Source: Octopus bimaculoides (taxonomy: Eukaryota). Taken from it: a stretch of DNA of 64,000 nucleotides. The notes beneath the pieces are model-generated. The model was not told the origin of the DNA and made no database searches. It worked only from the letters and a program-made list of their open reading frames with translations. Made by a program: the position numbers and the translations under genes. Each line of letters begins with the position of its first letter. Position 1 is the stretch's first letter. Where the stretch lies: contig NC_068986.1 of NCBI RefSeq assembly GCF_001194135.2, positions 76,580,750-76,644,749 on the forward strand. The letters are read 5' to 3'. Shown one piece after another: positions 50,327 to 62,814 of the stretch.

Positions 50327-51695
50327 TGGCGACGAGGATAGACATGTGTGCTATGCTGCATTTACCCATACAACTGTGGAGTACTACTTCAGACGAACCA
50401 TCCCCCACTATATGGAATTGCTGGAAACGTTCGTTTTTGGATTATTTAGAACTACTTCCGATACTACAACCAACCATGAATTTATCAGAATGTCACAAAA
50501 TAAAGTTATTACACCAATTTTTCAGGGAAGAAGGACAAAGACACTTCAGCACCTTGAGAATTATGGAATTTGCCACATTAACTAAGGTGTTTGGTTTACT
50601 GAATGAACTTTGTGGATCTGCTAGAAATGTGTACACAGCATGTTACTGTTTTACAAAATTAAATCAGAAACCTGAAAAAGATTGCAATGATTTCATTGCC
50701 AGAATACAACCTGCTTTACCTGAGTGTGAATACAATCTGATTCCTCCAAAAATGTTTGAAAACGAAATGGCTTTGCAATGTCTGCTTTCTGGTATTCGTG
50801 ATGAGACTGCCTGTTCTAAATTGCTTTCGGAAGAAGAATTAAAACTTACTTGGGAATGAGCCTGTGCTATAGTTCATCAAAGCGAAAACATTTCACATAA
50901 GCTAAATTTTCTATACAAACAGAGGCAGATGCTGTGCAATCTATTACATCTACAAAAACTCAGTCTTACAGAAAAACAGTTTACTTGTTATTGTTGTAGA
51001 TTTAAACACTATTCTCCATCTGAGTGCTGGCATCAGCAAACTGTTTACCATTTATGTGGTAAAACTGGTTATCTTGCCAGAGTTTGTCGTACACAGAACA
51101 ATGAACAAAGACATTTGGTGTGAACAATAAAAACAAATCTGGAAAACCAATACCAAGATTTCGCTTTAAATTCAGTATTAAACACTAATCTTAACACTAC
51201 AGTCCGACCACCTCCGTAATTGTAGGTCAGTCAGTATGCATGGAAATTGACATGGGCGCTTCAGTCTCTATTGTTACCACTCATTCTGTCAGCTGTTTAC
51301 CACCACTTTCTGCAAACTGCTCAACTTTGAAAACATATACCAGGCAAGAAATCCCAATAATTGGAGTTTGCAATGTAAATGTGCAACATGGTGTGGTCAA
51401 ACGTGTTCTACCCATATACGTAACCACCGGAAAACGTCCAAACCTGTTGGATCGTGATTGGTTATGACAATTACCTGGTACACTCACTGTGATTAAAACT
51501 GTTTGTGATACACTATCGTTGGAACAACTGAAAAAGGAATACTGTACTTTGTTTGACACCAAGCTTGGAAAATTGAATGGATTTAAAGCAAACATAAATT
51601 TACTTTCCAACATGTCACCATGGGTTTGTAAAGCTTGAACACTTCCATACGCTTTGCTGCTAGAAGTGGAAGCCGAATTATAACGTTTACACTGA
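50327..51695 (+). mobile_element. Decayed Ty3/Gypsy LTR retrotransposon (Mag-like): PBS, gag with double Zn knuckle, protease, start of RT; 3'-truncated
   Basis: PBS tggcgacgaggat; gag-like ..WNCWKRSFLDYLEL..FTKLNQKP..LLSGIRDE; knuckles CYCCRFKH..SEC / HLCGKTGYLARVCR; protease MEIDMGASVSIV..LKTYT..NLLDRDWL; RT start KA*TLPYALLLEVEAEL*RL. Confidence 0.88.
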
Positions 51696-52575
51696 AAATT
51701 TAAAAAATCTAAAACAAAAAAAAAAAGAATCCATTTTAAAGCAACCTTGAACTTGAGATTTCTTTTTGATATAATGGTCACTGAACATAAAAGCTGTGTA
51801 AGTTGGCTTAAAAATATATGTTACTAACAAAAACAATTTGGTGATTTAGCCACTGGCTTAAAAGAATTGTAATCTTCTTAGAATCTGTAGCATACCAGCC
51901 AACAACAACTCTGAATTAAAAATCTTGGTAACTTTATCATGTTATCAGTTGTACTAAAGATAGGTATTACACCATGTCACTCAAAGCCACACCACATCTC
52001 ATCCCCATGGGTATTTTTTCTTGTAAGGTGACTAATCTCTTTAAATACGGTGATTCCCAAAGTTCAGTTCAAAAGAAAAGACACACACACACACATACTC
52101 ATGCACAAAAATATAAAATATAAAAAGAAGGAAAGGAAGCAGCATCTCATATAAAATGTAATATGTACTTTATGTTACTTTAAGATTTAGAAGTGGCTTT
52201 TTTTCCCCCTGAAAAAGGAAGGAAAAATAGAAAATCTGCAACCAGCCAAGATATTAGATTAGTCATTATAATGACTAATTTGTTATTTAGTCTGGGTTTT
52301 TATGATTGAGAGATGGGAAATTAAATTATCGTTATAAGATTCAGTAAGACAGGTGTGTGATTATCTGGTTAAAAAAAGAAAAAAAGGCAAAGCTCTATCT
52401 CCTCCCTGCTTTCCTACCTTCTCTTCCTCACACTCACCACCTTCCACTCTCTGATTTTATCACCAGTTTCTCTGCCCTCTTACTAGCATTTGTAGGCTGC
52501 AGTAATTAAAGAGATTTATATCTCCAGGGTGAATAGAACAAAAGAAAAACCCACCTCTTCTTGATCAGCTGGAGC

Positions 52576-52600
<25 letters not shown>

Positions 52601-52606
<6 letters not shown>

Positions 52607-52820
52607 TATTCAGACAAATACATAACAAAAACACCAGGACTTACAAATATATATAACATACAGAAAATTGCACTACTGGGTACTGCGCACATTCTACGCA
52701 AAACACTTTCAATACAGTAAACATAAGAGCACCACAGCAAACCACAGCACATACCCAAGGTGCACAGAGCTGTGCTCGGTAGTGAAGTGAAAGGACGTTA
52801 TAAAAATAAAACTATTGAAC
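52601..52820 (+). mobile_element. Second 3' fragment of the R4/Dong-like element in (TAA)n
   Basis: Near-identical to the reverse complement of 14866-15085 (KYSDKY..ALLGTAHILRKTLSIQ*); (AAT)n on both sides. Confidence 0.85.
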
Positions 52821-53006
52821 AATAATAATAATAATAATAATAATGATAATAATAGTAATAATAGTAGTAATAATAATAATGATAATAATAGTAATAATAG
52901 TAGTAATAATAATAAAGATAATAATAATGATAATAATAGTAATAATAGTAGTAGTAATAATAATAATAATAATAATAATAATGATAATAATAGTAATAAT
53001 AGTAGT

Positions 53007-53046
<40 letters not shown>
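52821..53046. repeat. Compound (AAT)n repeat with a higher-order unit
   Basis: gataataatagtaataatagtagt recurs 4 times between pure AAT runs. Confidence 0.9.
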
Positions 53047-53048
<2 letters not shown>

Positions 53049-53289
53049 CAGTAATGGAGCAATGGTGTTCATGTGATGCACAGATATTTAAAAGCACCTC
53101 TTCACTTTGCGTGTATGTATGTATTTCCAAAACTTAGGAGCATCTTTTTATTCGTCTGTATCTTTCATGGTGTTCAGTGTGTGTGTAAGAGTATTATTAT
53201 AAATGTAGTTAATAGTCATTATCATTTAAAAATATATATATTGTATCTATCTATCTATTATCTATCTATCTATCATCTATCTATCTATC

Positions 53290-53324
<35 letters not shown>

Positions 53325-53924
53325 GTATATATATATATATATGTATATGACAAACAAGATGTGGAGTTCACAACTGCATCATAGACATCCCGTCTGAGAA
53401 GACAATAATTCTGAATAAGAAGTAATACAGGGAGTCTTACCATAGACCGCCTCTTTAGTGCTGGTAGCATGGTGAAAGGTAGCTTGTCCACTCTTGTAAA
53501 TTGGTTGGGTATAGGAATGGTATCCAGCTCTTAAAAAAATAAGAAAACTGCAAAAAAGTAAACAAAAAAAAAAGGGACATACACAAGAAAGTTGGCCAGT
53601 GTTTGTGTTTGCTAGATGACAATGGATGTGATGAGTGTTGCTATGAAACATCAAATCCATACTTGCATGAAAGAATGGGTGTAAAATGGCAATGCTAATT
53701 AACAAACACACACACACGCACGCACGCANNNNNNNNNNNNNNNNNNNNNNNNNNNNNNNNNNNNNNNNNNNNNNNNNNNNNNNNNNNNNNNNNNCACACA
53801 CACACACACACACACACACACTTAAACCTAGATGTGATATAGTTTGGCTTCATTCTTGGAAGAAATACCACAGATGCAATCTTCCTAATTAAGAAACTGA
53901 GTGGGAAATAATTAGCTAAGAATA

Positions 53925-55235
53925 AGCCACCATTCCTGGCATTCATTTACTTGGAGAAGGTGTTTGACAGGGTATCGCATTCAATAACTTAGTGGTCATT
54001 AAGGAAACCCTGTGCAGACAATTGGCCTGTGAGGGCTATGCAAGCTATATGCTAAGATACAGTAAGTAAAGTGAGGGCCATACTGATGATCTAGTTCTTG
54101 TAGACTAATCTACTTTGGAATTCAAGAGGAATTCCTGAAGCCGAACCTAGAATTGAGAAGCCTTGAAGTAAGTAAACTTAGCAAGGGCTAAGATTTTAGT
54201 AAGTAGGAAAAAAGACAGGATGCTTGGTATCATCAGGAAAATAGTCTTGCTTGATATTCAGAAAAGGTGTAGGTATAAACCCTCTGCCCTGCACCCAGTG
54301 TAAGCTATGGATAAACAACAGGTTTAGTGGATCCACAAGCAGACTAACAGACAATGTAAGCTTTGTACATGATGGATGCACTGAAGCAATATATACTTGA
54401 AGCACACTGGAATTAGATTCTCATAAATGCCCAAATAGCTCACTAGAAATGATTAATAGCTTTTGTTACCTGATAGTTGTAATTAGCAGGGGAGGTAGTT
54501 TTTCTGAAAGTAGCCATCTCTTCCCTAAGAGTAGCAATCACCTCCTTAAAAGTAGCCAGAGTAAAAATGGGTTAGGAAAAGTTCAGAGAATTATTACTAC
54601 TGTTGCTAACAAAGGTTTTTTCCTTAAGGGTGAAAGGTAGATTATATATAGTGTATGTTAGAACTGCAATGCTGCATGGTAGCAAGACATGGGCCTTGAA
54701 TGCAGAAGATTTTCCAGGATTAGAAAGAAAGATGGGCCTTGAATGCAGAAGATTTTCCAGGATTAGAAAGAAAGATGGGCCTTGAATGCAGAAGATTTTC
54801 CAGGATTAGAAAGAAAGACATGAGCCTTGAATGCAGAAGATTTTCCAGGATTAGAAAGAAAGACATGGGCCTTGAATGCAGAAGATTTTCCAGGATTAAA
54901 AAGAAATGAAGACATGGGCCTTGAATGCAGAAGATTTTCCAGGATTAGAAAGAAAGACATGGGCCTTGAATGCAGAAGATTTTCCAGGATTAGAAAGAAA
55001 TGAAACTATCATGCTGGGATGCTGCACTGGTATTGGTCTGTGATGCTTATGGAGGATAACTTCTACATACAAAAGTGCTGAGCATTCTAAGCTCAGCACT
55101 TTTGTACTGAACCTGTGGAGGAGGGAGACTAAGAAGGACTTGGGACAAAGTGGTGAAGGTTGACTTGAAGATGCTATATCTCACTGAGATGATAAATGAT
55201 TGTGGTGAGTGGTGATATGCAGTATTACAGAAGAC
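53925..55235 (+). mobile_element. Heavily degraded RTE LINE ORF2 remnant
   Basis: LEKVFDRV, ..DDLVL.., RKGVG..CTQCKLW, KGFSLRVKGRLY..VRTAMLHGSKTWAL..LERNE; same family as 17818-18858. Confidence 0.82.
54686..55000 (+). repeat. Minisatellite, 7 copies of a 43-49-bp unit
   Basis: ga(ca)tgggccttgaatgcagaagattttccaggattagaaagaaa starting at 54686, 54731, 54774, 54817, 54862, 54911 and 54956. Confidence 0.95.
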
Positions 55236-55293
55236 CTACCAACTGATGGGAAAAAAGTACTCCAACTGTAATTCATATGTGATATATATATAG

Positions 55294-55326
<33 letters not shown>

Positions 55327-55934
55327 CATGATACTATGTGAGCAGTGTTTGATGAATGTGCTGGAACAATGTTTGGCATGTTCTCAATACATGAAACTAA
55401 TAGTAGCACATAAAAACATAATATATACATTATATAGCTAATATATACATTATAGAAGTCCTTAGCCTTGCAAGTTACAAGGTGATCATCATTAGTGTTG
55501 ATTCCATGAAAGAAGCACTTAGTACACTCTGTAAAGTGGTTGGCATTAGGAAGGGCATCCAACCATAGAAACCATGCCAAAGGAGATGTTGGTGCATGAC
55601 ACAATTTTCAGATTCATCAGTCTCTATCAAGATGTCAACTGGCATAATTGATGGAACAATAGCAAAAAAATGTTTTGTGGCATTTCATTACATTTCTTTG
55701 TGTTATGATTTCATACCTTATTAAGGTCTCCTTAGTCTTTAGTCTTTCTGGTAGTGGTTGATAAAATACCAGTCTGGATTGAATCAACTTTATTCTTCAG
55801 CTATTTTTCAGATTTGGGTATTTGTAACTGGAGTTGGGGATCTAGTTGACCTAATGTGAATCCAGAAGCTGGCAGGGGACTATGTTATTCACCTTCATGA
55901 AGACAAAATCAAGAGTAAAACATAGTAGACAGAA

Positions 55935-56115
55935 ATATTGAGTTTAAATTTTGGCACCAGGGCAGCGGATAAGTCAATTACATCGATCCCCAGTGTTCAA
56001 CTGGTAATTATTTTATCAACCCTGAAAGGATGAAAGGCTAAGTTGACCTTGGCAGAATTTGTGCTGCTAAACATTTTGCTTGGCTTGCTAATGATTCTAC
56101 CAGCTCGCTGCCTTA
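55935..56115 (-). mobile_element. SINE family B
   Basis: aaattttggcaccagg..aactggtaattattttatcaaccctgaaaggatgaaaggc..ttctaccagctcgctgcctt. Confidence 0.8.
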
Positions 56116-56360
56116 GTTGACAGAAATATTAAATTATGATTTAAAAGCTTAGCTCAGAGTATGCTATAACAGAATTTAACCCCAGTAACAATGAGAAACC
56201 TCTGTGGGCTCATTGATCATCCATAAGGTAGCAACCAAATTTACCTCATATCACACTGAACTGTCTTCAAAAAGGAAGGAAAAATTATATAATGTATTCT
56301 TAGATAAACTATATCAGGATAAAAAAAATAAATGGATGTATTGGCTATTGCTGGAGTGAC

Positions 56361-56580
56361 CCTTGAGCTTTCAGATTACTCTGTCAATTGCAATGCTTAT
56401 TTATTCACATTATTTTGAATTAATCATACGTTAACTTGTAGCTTTGAGATTTTGATGTGATTGTTTATTTCTAGAATGATATTGTAGGATAAGTGTGAGA
56501 GGCCAGATTTGGCCAGTTTGAACATAAAGCAAGTTGAATATTTGGGCAGGATATGACTTTTTTTAATGCTGAAAGGTTAA
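56361..56580 (+). mobile_element. piggyBac-type MITE family E
   Basis: Internal sequence matches 1245-1464; right end aatgctgaaaggTTAA. Confidence 0.75.
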
Positions 56581-56702
56581 ACAACAATAACAATCATAAC
56601 AGAGGAAGAAGTTTAAAAAATACAGCATGTGGTGCTCCAGCATGACCACATCCTTAGGGCTGAAACACATTACAGAATAACTGAATAATGTGGTGATAAT
56701 AA

Positions 56703-57240
56703 AGAAATTTGCAGTAGTCTAGAAACAGTGTTTAACGGTGCAGTAGTCACAAAAATGCATTCAAAGATGCTGTAACCAGAGAAACATTTAGCAGCACTGT
56801 AGCCAGAGCAACATTTAATAGTGCAGTAGTCATAGAAACAATGTTTAACTGTGTTAACAGTGTAGTAGCCAGAGAAACATTTTACAGTGCAGTAGTCAGA
56901 GAAACAACGTTTAACAGTGCAGTAGCCACAGAAACAAGATTTAACATTGCAGTAACTAGTGAAACAATATTTAGCAGTGCAGTAGATATAGAAACAGTTA
57001 AATGTGTAGCAGTCACAGAAACAGTGTTTAACAGTGCAGCAGTCACAGAAACGTTTAACACTGTAGTAGCCTGAGAAACATTTAACAGTGTAGTAGTCAC
57101 AGAAACAATTAACGGTGCAGTTGCTAGAGAGCAGCATTTAACAGTGAGGTGGTCATAGGAATATTTAACCATGTAGTAGTCACAAAAACAATTAACAGTA
57201 TAGTAGTCAAAGAAACAACATTTGACAGAAGCATTTAACA
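56703..57240 (+). repeat. Minisatellite, about 17 diverged 27/30-bp units
   Basis: Consensus aacagtgcagtagtcacagaaac(aac)attt. Confidence 0.9.
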
Positions 57241-57249
57241 ATCATTACT

Positions 57250-57455
57250 GTGCCAGAATCTTTACTGTGACAGGCAAAATGCTTAGCAGCATTTCGCCTG
57301 TCTTTATATTTTATGTTCAAATTTTGCTGAGGTTGACTCTGACTTTCATCCTTTCAGGGTCGATAAAATAGATACCAGTTGAGCACTGGGGTCAATGTAA
57401 TCGACTTACCCCTTCCCCAAAATTGCTAGCCTTGTGCCAAAATTTGAAACCGATG
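57250..57455 (+). mobile_element. SINE family B
   Basis: ..ggcaaaatgcttagcagcatttcg..ctttcatcctttcagggtcgataaaatagataccag..ccttgtgccaaaatttgaaacc. Confidence 0.8.
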
Positions 57456-57592
57456 TTTAGCTCTGCAGACTCATTTGTGAGACATGATTAGATATTGTCT
57501 TGAAGAAGAATTATCTCAATGTAAGACATAAGCATTGTAAACTATGATATATTTTGTTGATTATTTTTGTTTTTTGGCAATATTTCTTTGCA

Positions 57593-57828
57593 TAACCCTT
57601 TTGATACCAAACTGTCCGAGACCCCGCCCATTCCCTAATTCTATAATACAAACTTCCTGTTTTTAAGTATTCTAAATCAAAACCTCCCAACAAAATTTCA
57701 TGTTAATTTATGTTTCAAATGCCAGATTGACAATGATGAAGTTATTTTACAAAATTCTTTATTATTTTCACAATTAATTAAAACAAAAGCAGTGTAGTTC
57801 AACAAAAATATAGTAACAAAATGGTTAA
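57593..57828. mobile_element. Second piggyBac-like MITE family (partial relative at ~49653-49850)
   Basis: taacccttttgatacc ... gtaacaaaatggttaa inverted ends; internal tttcatgttaatttatgtttcaaatgccagatt is similar to 49727-49760. Confidence 0.6.
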
Positions 57829-58527
57829 ATAGTTTTACCAGGATTCCACTGCTAACAAGCAAGCAGTAACCATAACTTCTAATGCAGCTTCAGTGCAACA
57901 GTGTTTTGGTGCTTCACTTCAGTCTAGCTACTGTGTAGAATATTGTCAGTCATTGTATTGAATCCATTTTCTTTAGGTTTTTCAATATGATCTAAAAATG
58001 GATTGTTTATTGCACAAAAGAAGCACAAACCAGACTCTTTAGAACAACAATATATATATATATTTTTTTTGGTGTTCAGCTTGTGCAGCACCATTTACCA
58101 AGCTTGTTTGTTTTTTTTTGTTGCTTTTGTTTTTATTCGACATTGTCTCCTTTCTTTCTCTATATTGTCTCCATTCGTTCAAGATAGCATGACAAAGATA
58201 TTTATAGAAGAGTAAGTACTGAAAGAGAAAAAAAAAACCAGGATTGGAGGGTGATAGAAGAGAGAATATAATGGGAGAAAAATAATGAGAAGAATAAGAG
58301 ATTGAAAAGGAGAGAGTAATGGGTAAGAGAAAGTGATAAACTGTTGCTATGTGTTGATTATTTGTTAGGAAACTGGCTAGAAAGGGTATGAATGGTGTTA
58401 TGGGGCAGAGAGGGAGAGAGAGAGAGAGAGAGAAAAGAAGATAGGCAGGGTAATAGAAAAGGGAGTTGTAGAAGTAACAAAAATGTAAACAATGAGTGAT
58501 AGGAGTAATGTGTGTGCGTGAGAGAAA

Positions 58528-58581
<54 letters not shown>

Positions 58582-58838
58582 CAGAAAGAGAGTAAGTAAT
58601 ATCAATATGGAGTGGTAGGCTGACACATAAAAGAATATATCTTATGTATACATACCTACATATATATATATCTTATGTATACATATATATATGATGCAGG
58701 TAGGGGAAAAATCCAATCTGTTTCCTCTTGAAGCACATTAGCTTATTCCACTATTAGAATTTAGTATGTATTGCTGTATTGATGCGAGATACATATTAGA
58801 GTTGAAAATTCTGGAAATATTGTTTGCAGTATTATTAT

Positions 58839-59099
58839 ATAGCAAAACAGGAATCTGGAAATGTTTTTGGTATTATTTATTTACCATTACACATGTTTCA
58901 TTTACTAATAGGAATCACAAAATTTTACATGTTGGATAAACATGTAAGAAATTTCCTATTAGAAATTCTGTCTGAAAAATTTGTAATAGGGAATTTCTTA
59001 CATGTTTCTCCTACATGTACAATTTTATAACTGTTATTAGCAAATGAAACATGTCCAATGGTGAGTAAATACCAAAAATTTTTCCAAATTCCTGTTTTG

Positions 59100-59103
<4 letters not shown>
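58839..59103. repeat. ~265-bp imperfect palindrome (foldback/MITE-like hairpin)
   Basis: 58839-58967 is the near reverse complement of 58978-59103 along its full length, with a ~10-nt loop. Confidence 0.9.
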
Positions 59104-59151
<48 letters not shown>

Positions 59152-60706
59152 TGGTAGCTAGCAAGTAATAGAGAAGAGTAATGATACGGGTGATTAAAAG
59201 TGAGATTAAGGTAAGAGGTATTGTGGCAATAGATGTAAATCTGGAGAGTGTGTGCTGTAAAGTGATGAAGAGATGATAGTCTCATTTCACCGGCAGTGTG
59301 ATGGAAGATAGAGGCATAATGATAGGATAGGAGAGAGAAGAAAAGGGTGATATATATATATATATATATACATATGGTATTAATATGAACATAATGAGCA
59401 AGACGGACTCATGTGGATATTATATGTGTCACCCACCATCACCACCACCATTTTTTAAATCTGCTTTTCCATGCATGGTTTACACTGGGCTTCTCCAGCA
59501 TAGTCCAGCTAGCAACCCAAATTTACAGATTAAACTAGATATTCAGCTGTTTCCAGCAAACTATTAATATTGCTAAATTCAAAGTAAATTTTTGACTCAA
59601 AAGGAAAAAAAAAAAAAAGTGATTATGTTTCACTCTAGTTAAATAATAATAAGCTATTTATTTAAATTAAAATCGTGTTAATAAAAAAAAAAACAATGAG
59701 CAGATGTTATATTTGATGTAATAAGTATATTAGTATACCTGTCTGAACTTTTCATTGAAATGATTGAGGTTTTAATCCATAATTATAATTCAAGTTAATA
59801 CAACAATATTTCATTTTTTAAACCTTATAGTTGTTATTATTCTAGTCTGACTTATATTAATGACTATAATTATTATCTTGATTGAAGTCTTTGTATTTTT
59901 AATATTAATCTGAAAATTGGAAATCTCCCTTTCTGACCGTTTTATTTTTCATTTAGTAATATAGTATCTTGTAAGAATTTCTAAGTTTGTTCCTCATCTG
60001 TTTTCTTCTTGGCCTGTTGTTCTATTTGATACAACTTTAGTTTCTTCAAGTCAGTGGAAAATTTGTCTAGCTTTGTCTTTGTTTTAATTTGCACTTGAAC
60101 TATTAAACATTTAATTAAGTGGAAGATTAACCATAATTAATGTATTGAACTCCTCCAAAATGTTCAGTTAACTAAAATTACATGTATAGAGAAGAAAAAA
60201 TACAAATCATTATTGTTAGTGTTTAATTCTGGCCAAGAAAGACAAGGGAGAAAACTCCAAAATCCAATTGAATTAAAAATTGAGTTGGGGAAGAGAATGT
60301 AGTGAGTTGGGTGGGTTGGTTGATAAATATGATCTTGGGCAAGTATGGTCATACTCTTTTATATAGAATTAATTGTATATTGCATTTTATAATTTATAGA
60401 TACTTATTCACACATTTTTCTAGTGTTGAAACTGTTTATACAGTATTTTCCAGTTTACAAGTCGAATTTTTCTTACCAAAACTTACAGTGAAAAAAGATA
60501 GGGCAACTTATTCACCAAGACAGCTTTAGTAGACTAATAATTTTATGTGGAATGCAGCTGGAGTTGGAAAGATGACGATGGTGTTTGAATGTTTACACTA
60601 TGTATTATGTTGACTTGTATGCTGGAAAATACTCTATCTGTATGAAGGCTGGCAGGCTGAAACATTGAAATCACTATCACCCCTCTTCTTGTAAAAGTAT
60701 AATACA

Positions 60707-60753
<47 letters not shown>

Positions 60754-60918
60754 ATAATTTCTGCTATAGGCACAAGGCCTGAATTTTTGGTGACAGATGG
60801 GGTTAGTCGACTACATCAATCACAGTGCTCTGCTGAATGCTACTAAGCATTTTGTCTTGTGTACTAACAATTCTGTCAACTTGCTTTATGTGTGTGTGTG
60901 TGTGTGTGTGTACACACA

Positions 60919-60952
<34 letters not shown>

Positions 60953-61344
60953 CATATACATATATCTTTGTCTAAGTACATTTACATACTAGCCAAAAGC
61001 TACCCCCCAGTCAGACTTATAGTGTATCTCCTGTGGAGGGCTGTTAGATCTTTGATTGTAAATTTGAAGAACCTATTAAAAAGAAGACAAGATCAATATT
61101 TCTTTATTTGTATAAATGAAATTTATCATGTAAGTTTGGTACCCAGACATCTGGAGCCTTAGTGCTGTGAACTTTTAGTGATTTGTCCAATCCAAAATTT
61201 TTAGGATCATGTCAGCTTAAGACTTCACTGGAGTCTTTCTTACAGTTCTGCTGGAATCCACAGGTTTTCACTATTCTGGCTTTTGATCCCTCTCCCCACA
61301 GTATATCATTTCTTCTAATTCCTCAACATATTTTGCTACCTTTC

Positions 61345-61580
61345 TGTCATCATCATCATCATCAACATGTTTTCCATGCTGGCATGGTTGGATGGCTTGA
61401 CAGTAACTGGTAAGGCAAGGAGCCATACCAGATTTTCTAGTCTGTTTTGGCTTGGTTTCTATGGTTGGCTGCCCTTTCTAATGCTAATCACTTTACAATG
61501 TGTACTGGGTGCTTTTCATATGGCACCATCACCAGTGCATTTTATGTGACACTGGCACCCATGCTAATGCTTTTTACATA
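61345..61580 (-). mobile_element. RTE 3' UTR/tail fragment
   Basis: (cat)n caacatgttttccatgctggcatggttggatgg..gcccttt.ctaatgc..gtgtactgggtgctttt. Confidence 0.7.
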
Positions 61581-61969
61581 GCTATCTTGATATCAATATG
61601 TACAACATTTTCTAATGTTATCTCAATGAATGTAAATATCATTTTTAATGTTTATCAATTCTAATTTGACTTTAAAACCTGTTTGAAAGAAAAATTAAAT
61701 TGGCTTATGAACATTTTCTTCTTGGAGAATAGACACAGCATGAGGAAACTGACTATCACTTCATGTTCTATGAATTTCATCTGGAAGGAAGGGATTTGAT
61801 CAGCAAAATTGTTTTGTTGCCAAGGTATATGTAAAAGTTAAAGAAGTCCCAAAAATGTTAATTATTTTCCCTATTTGGCATACAGTTTCTGATTTGACTA
61901 CATATCATTCTTCAACCAGTATCCGGCTTGTTTGCTCTCTATACTTCTACTTCCATTATTATATTTCTT

Positions 61970-62297
61970 AGCGACCAAAGCTTTGTAAGTGGATTTGGCA
62001 GATGGAAGCTGAAACATGCCCTACATATATATATATATATATATGGATGTGTGTGTTTGTTTATATTGTCTGGTTCATTCACTAATTGTAAATAAACATC
62101 ACTGTCATACAAAAGATGTTGCTAATTTTTTATCTTTTGTGGAAACATGACCCAAAGGACTTAGGGAAATATTATCTTGCTTGGAAACAGTTAAGGGTTG
62201 GTGACAGGAAGAGTGTTTGGTCATAGAAAATCCACCTCAACACATTTCATCTCACCCAGTGCAAGCATGGCATAGCAGATGTTAAAATGATGATAAT

Positions 62298-62300
<3 letters not shown>
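61970..62300 (+). mobile_element. SINE with family A body and RTE-like tail
   Basis: gaccaaagctttgtaagtggatttggcagatggaa..gtgacaggaagagtg..catagaaaatccacctc..gcaagcatgg..gttaaaatgatgat. Confidence 0.7.
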
Positions 62301-62334
<34 letters not shown>

Positions 62335-62814
62335 ACAAAGGTGTATGATCTTGTGGTTAGAGTAATGCACTCGTGATCACAGGATTGTGGTTTCGGTTGT
62401 GTGTTGTTTTCGTGAGCAAAACACTTCGTTTCACATTACTCCAGTCCACTCAGCTGTAAATGTTTACCTTTATCTTACTTTTAATCAACCTTGCAATTTG
62501 CATTCCGTTTAGAGGGGATGTTGGTCTGCCCATCTAGCCAGTGGCGTGGCATTATTCAAAAGCTAAAACAATGCAAGGAAGCGCATTGTGACCAGTGCTG
62601 TGTAACAACATCTAGTAGCTTGGTTGATGCAGTGATTGGTGTGTTTAAGTCCCTGTAACCTGGCGGTTAAGCAAAGAAGACTGATAGAATAAATACTAGA
62701 CTACTGAGGTTGATTTATTTGATTAAAATTCTTCAAGGCAGTGCTCCAGCATGGCCGCAGTCTAACGACTGACACAAGTAGAAGATGAAAGATATATATA
62801 TATATAATCTTGTT

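Noticed and set aside
52709-53081. Poly-Leu, poly-Ile and poly-Asn ORFs
   Set aside because: Translations of the (AAT)n compound repeat.
54686-55000. CRISPR-like appearance of the 45-bp array
   Set aside because: Units are contiguous with no unique spacers, derive from LINE ORF2, and the context is eukaryotic with no cas genes.
56670-57137. Cys-rich minus-strand ORF as a zinc-finger or metallothionein gene
   Set aside because: It is the reverse reading of a 27/30-bp minisatellite and lacks C2H2 28-aa spacing and His pairs.
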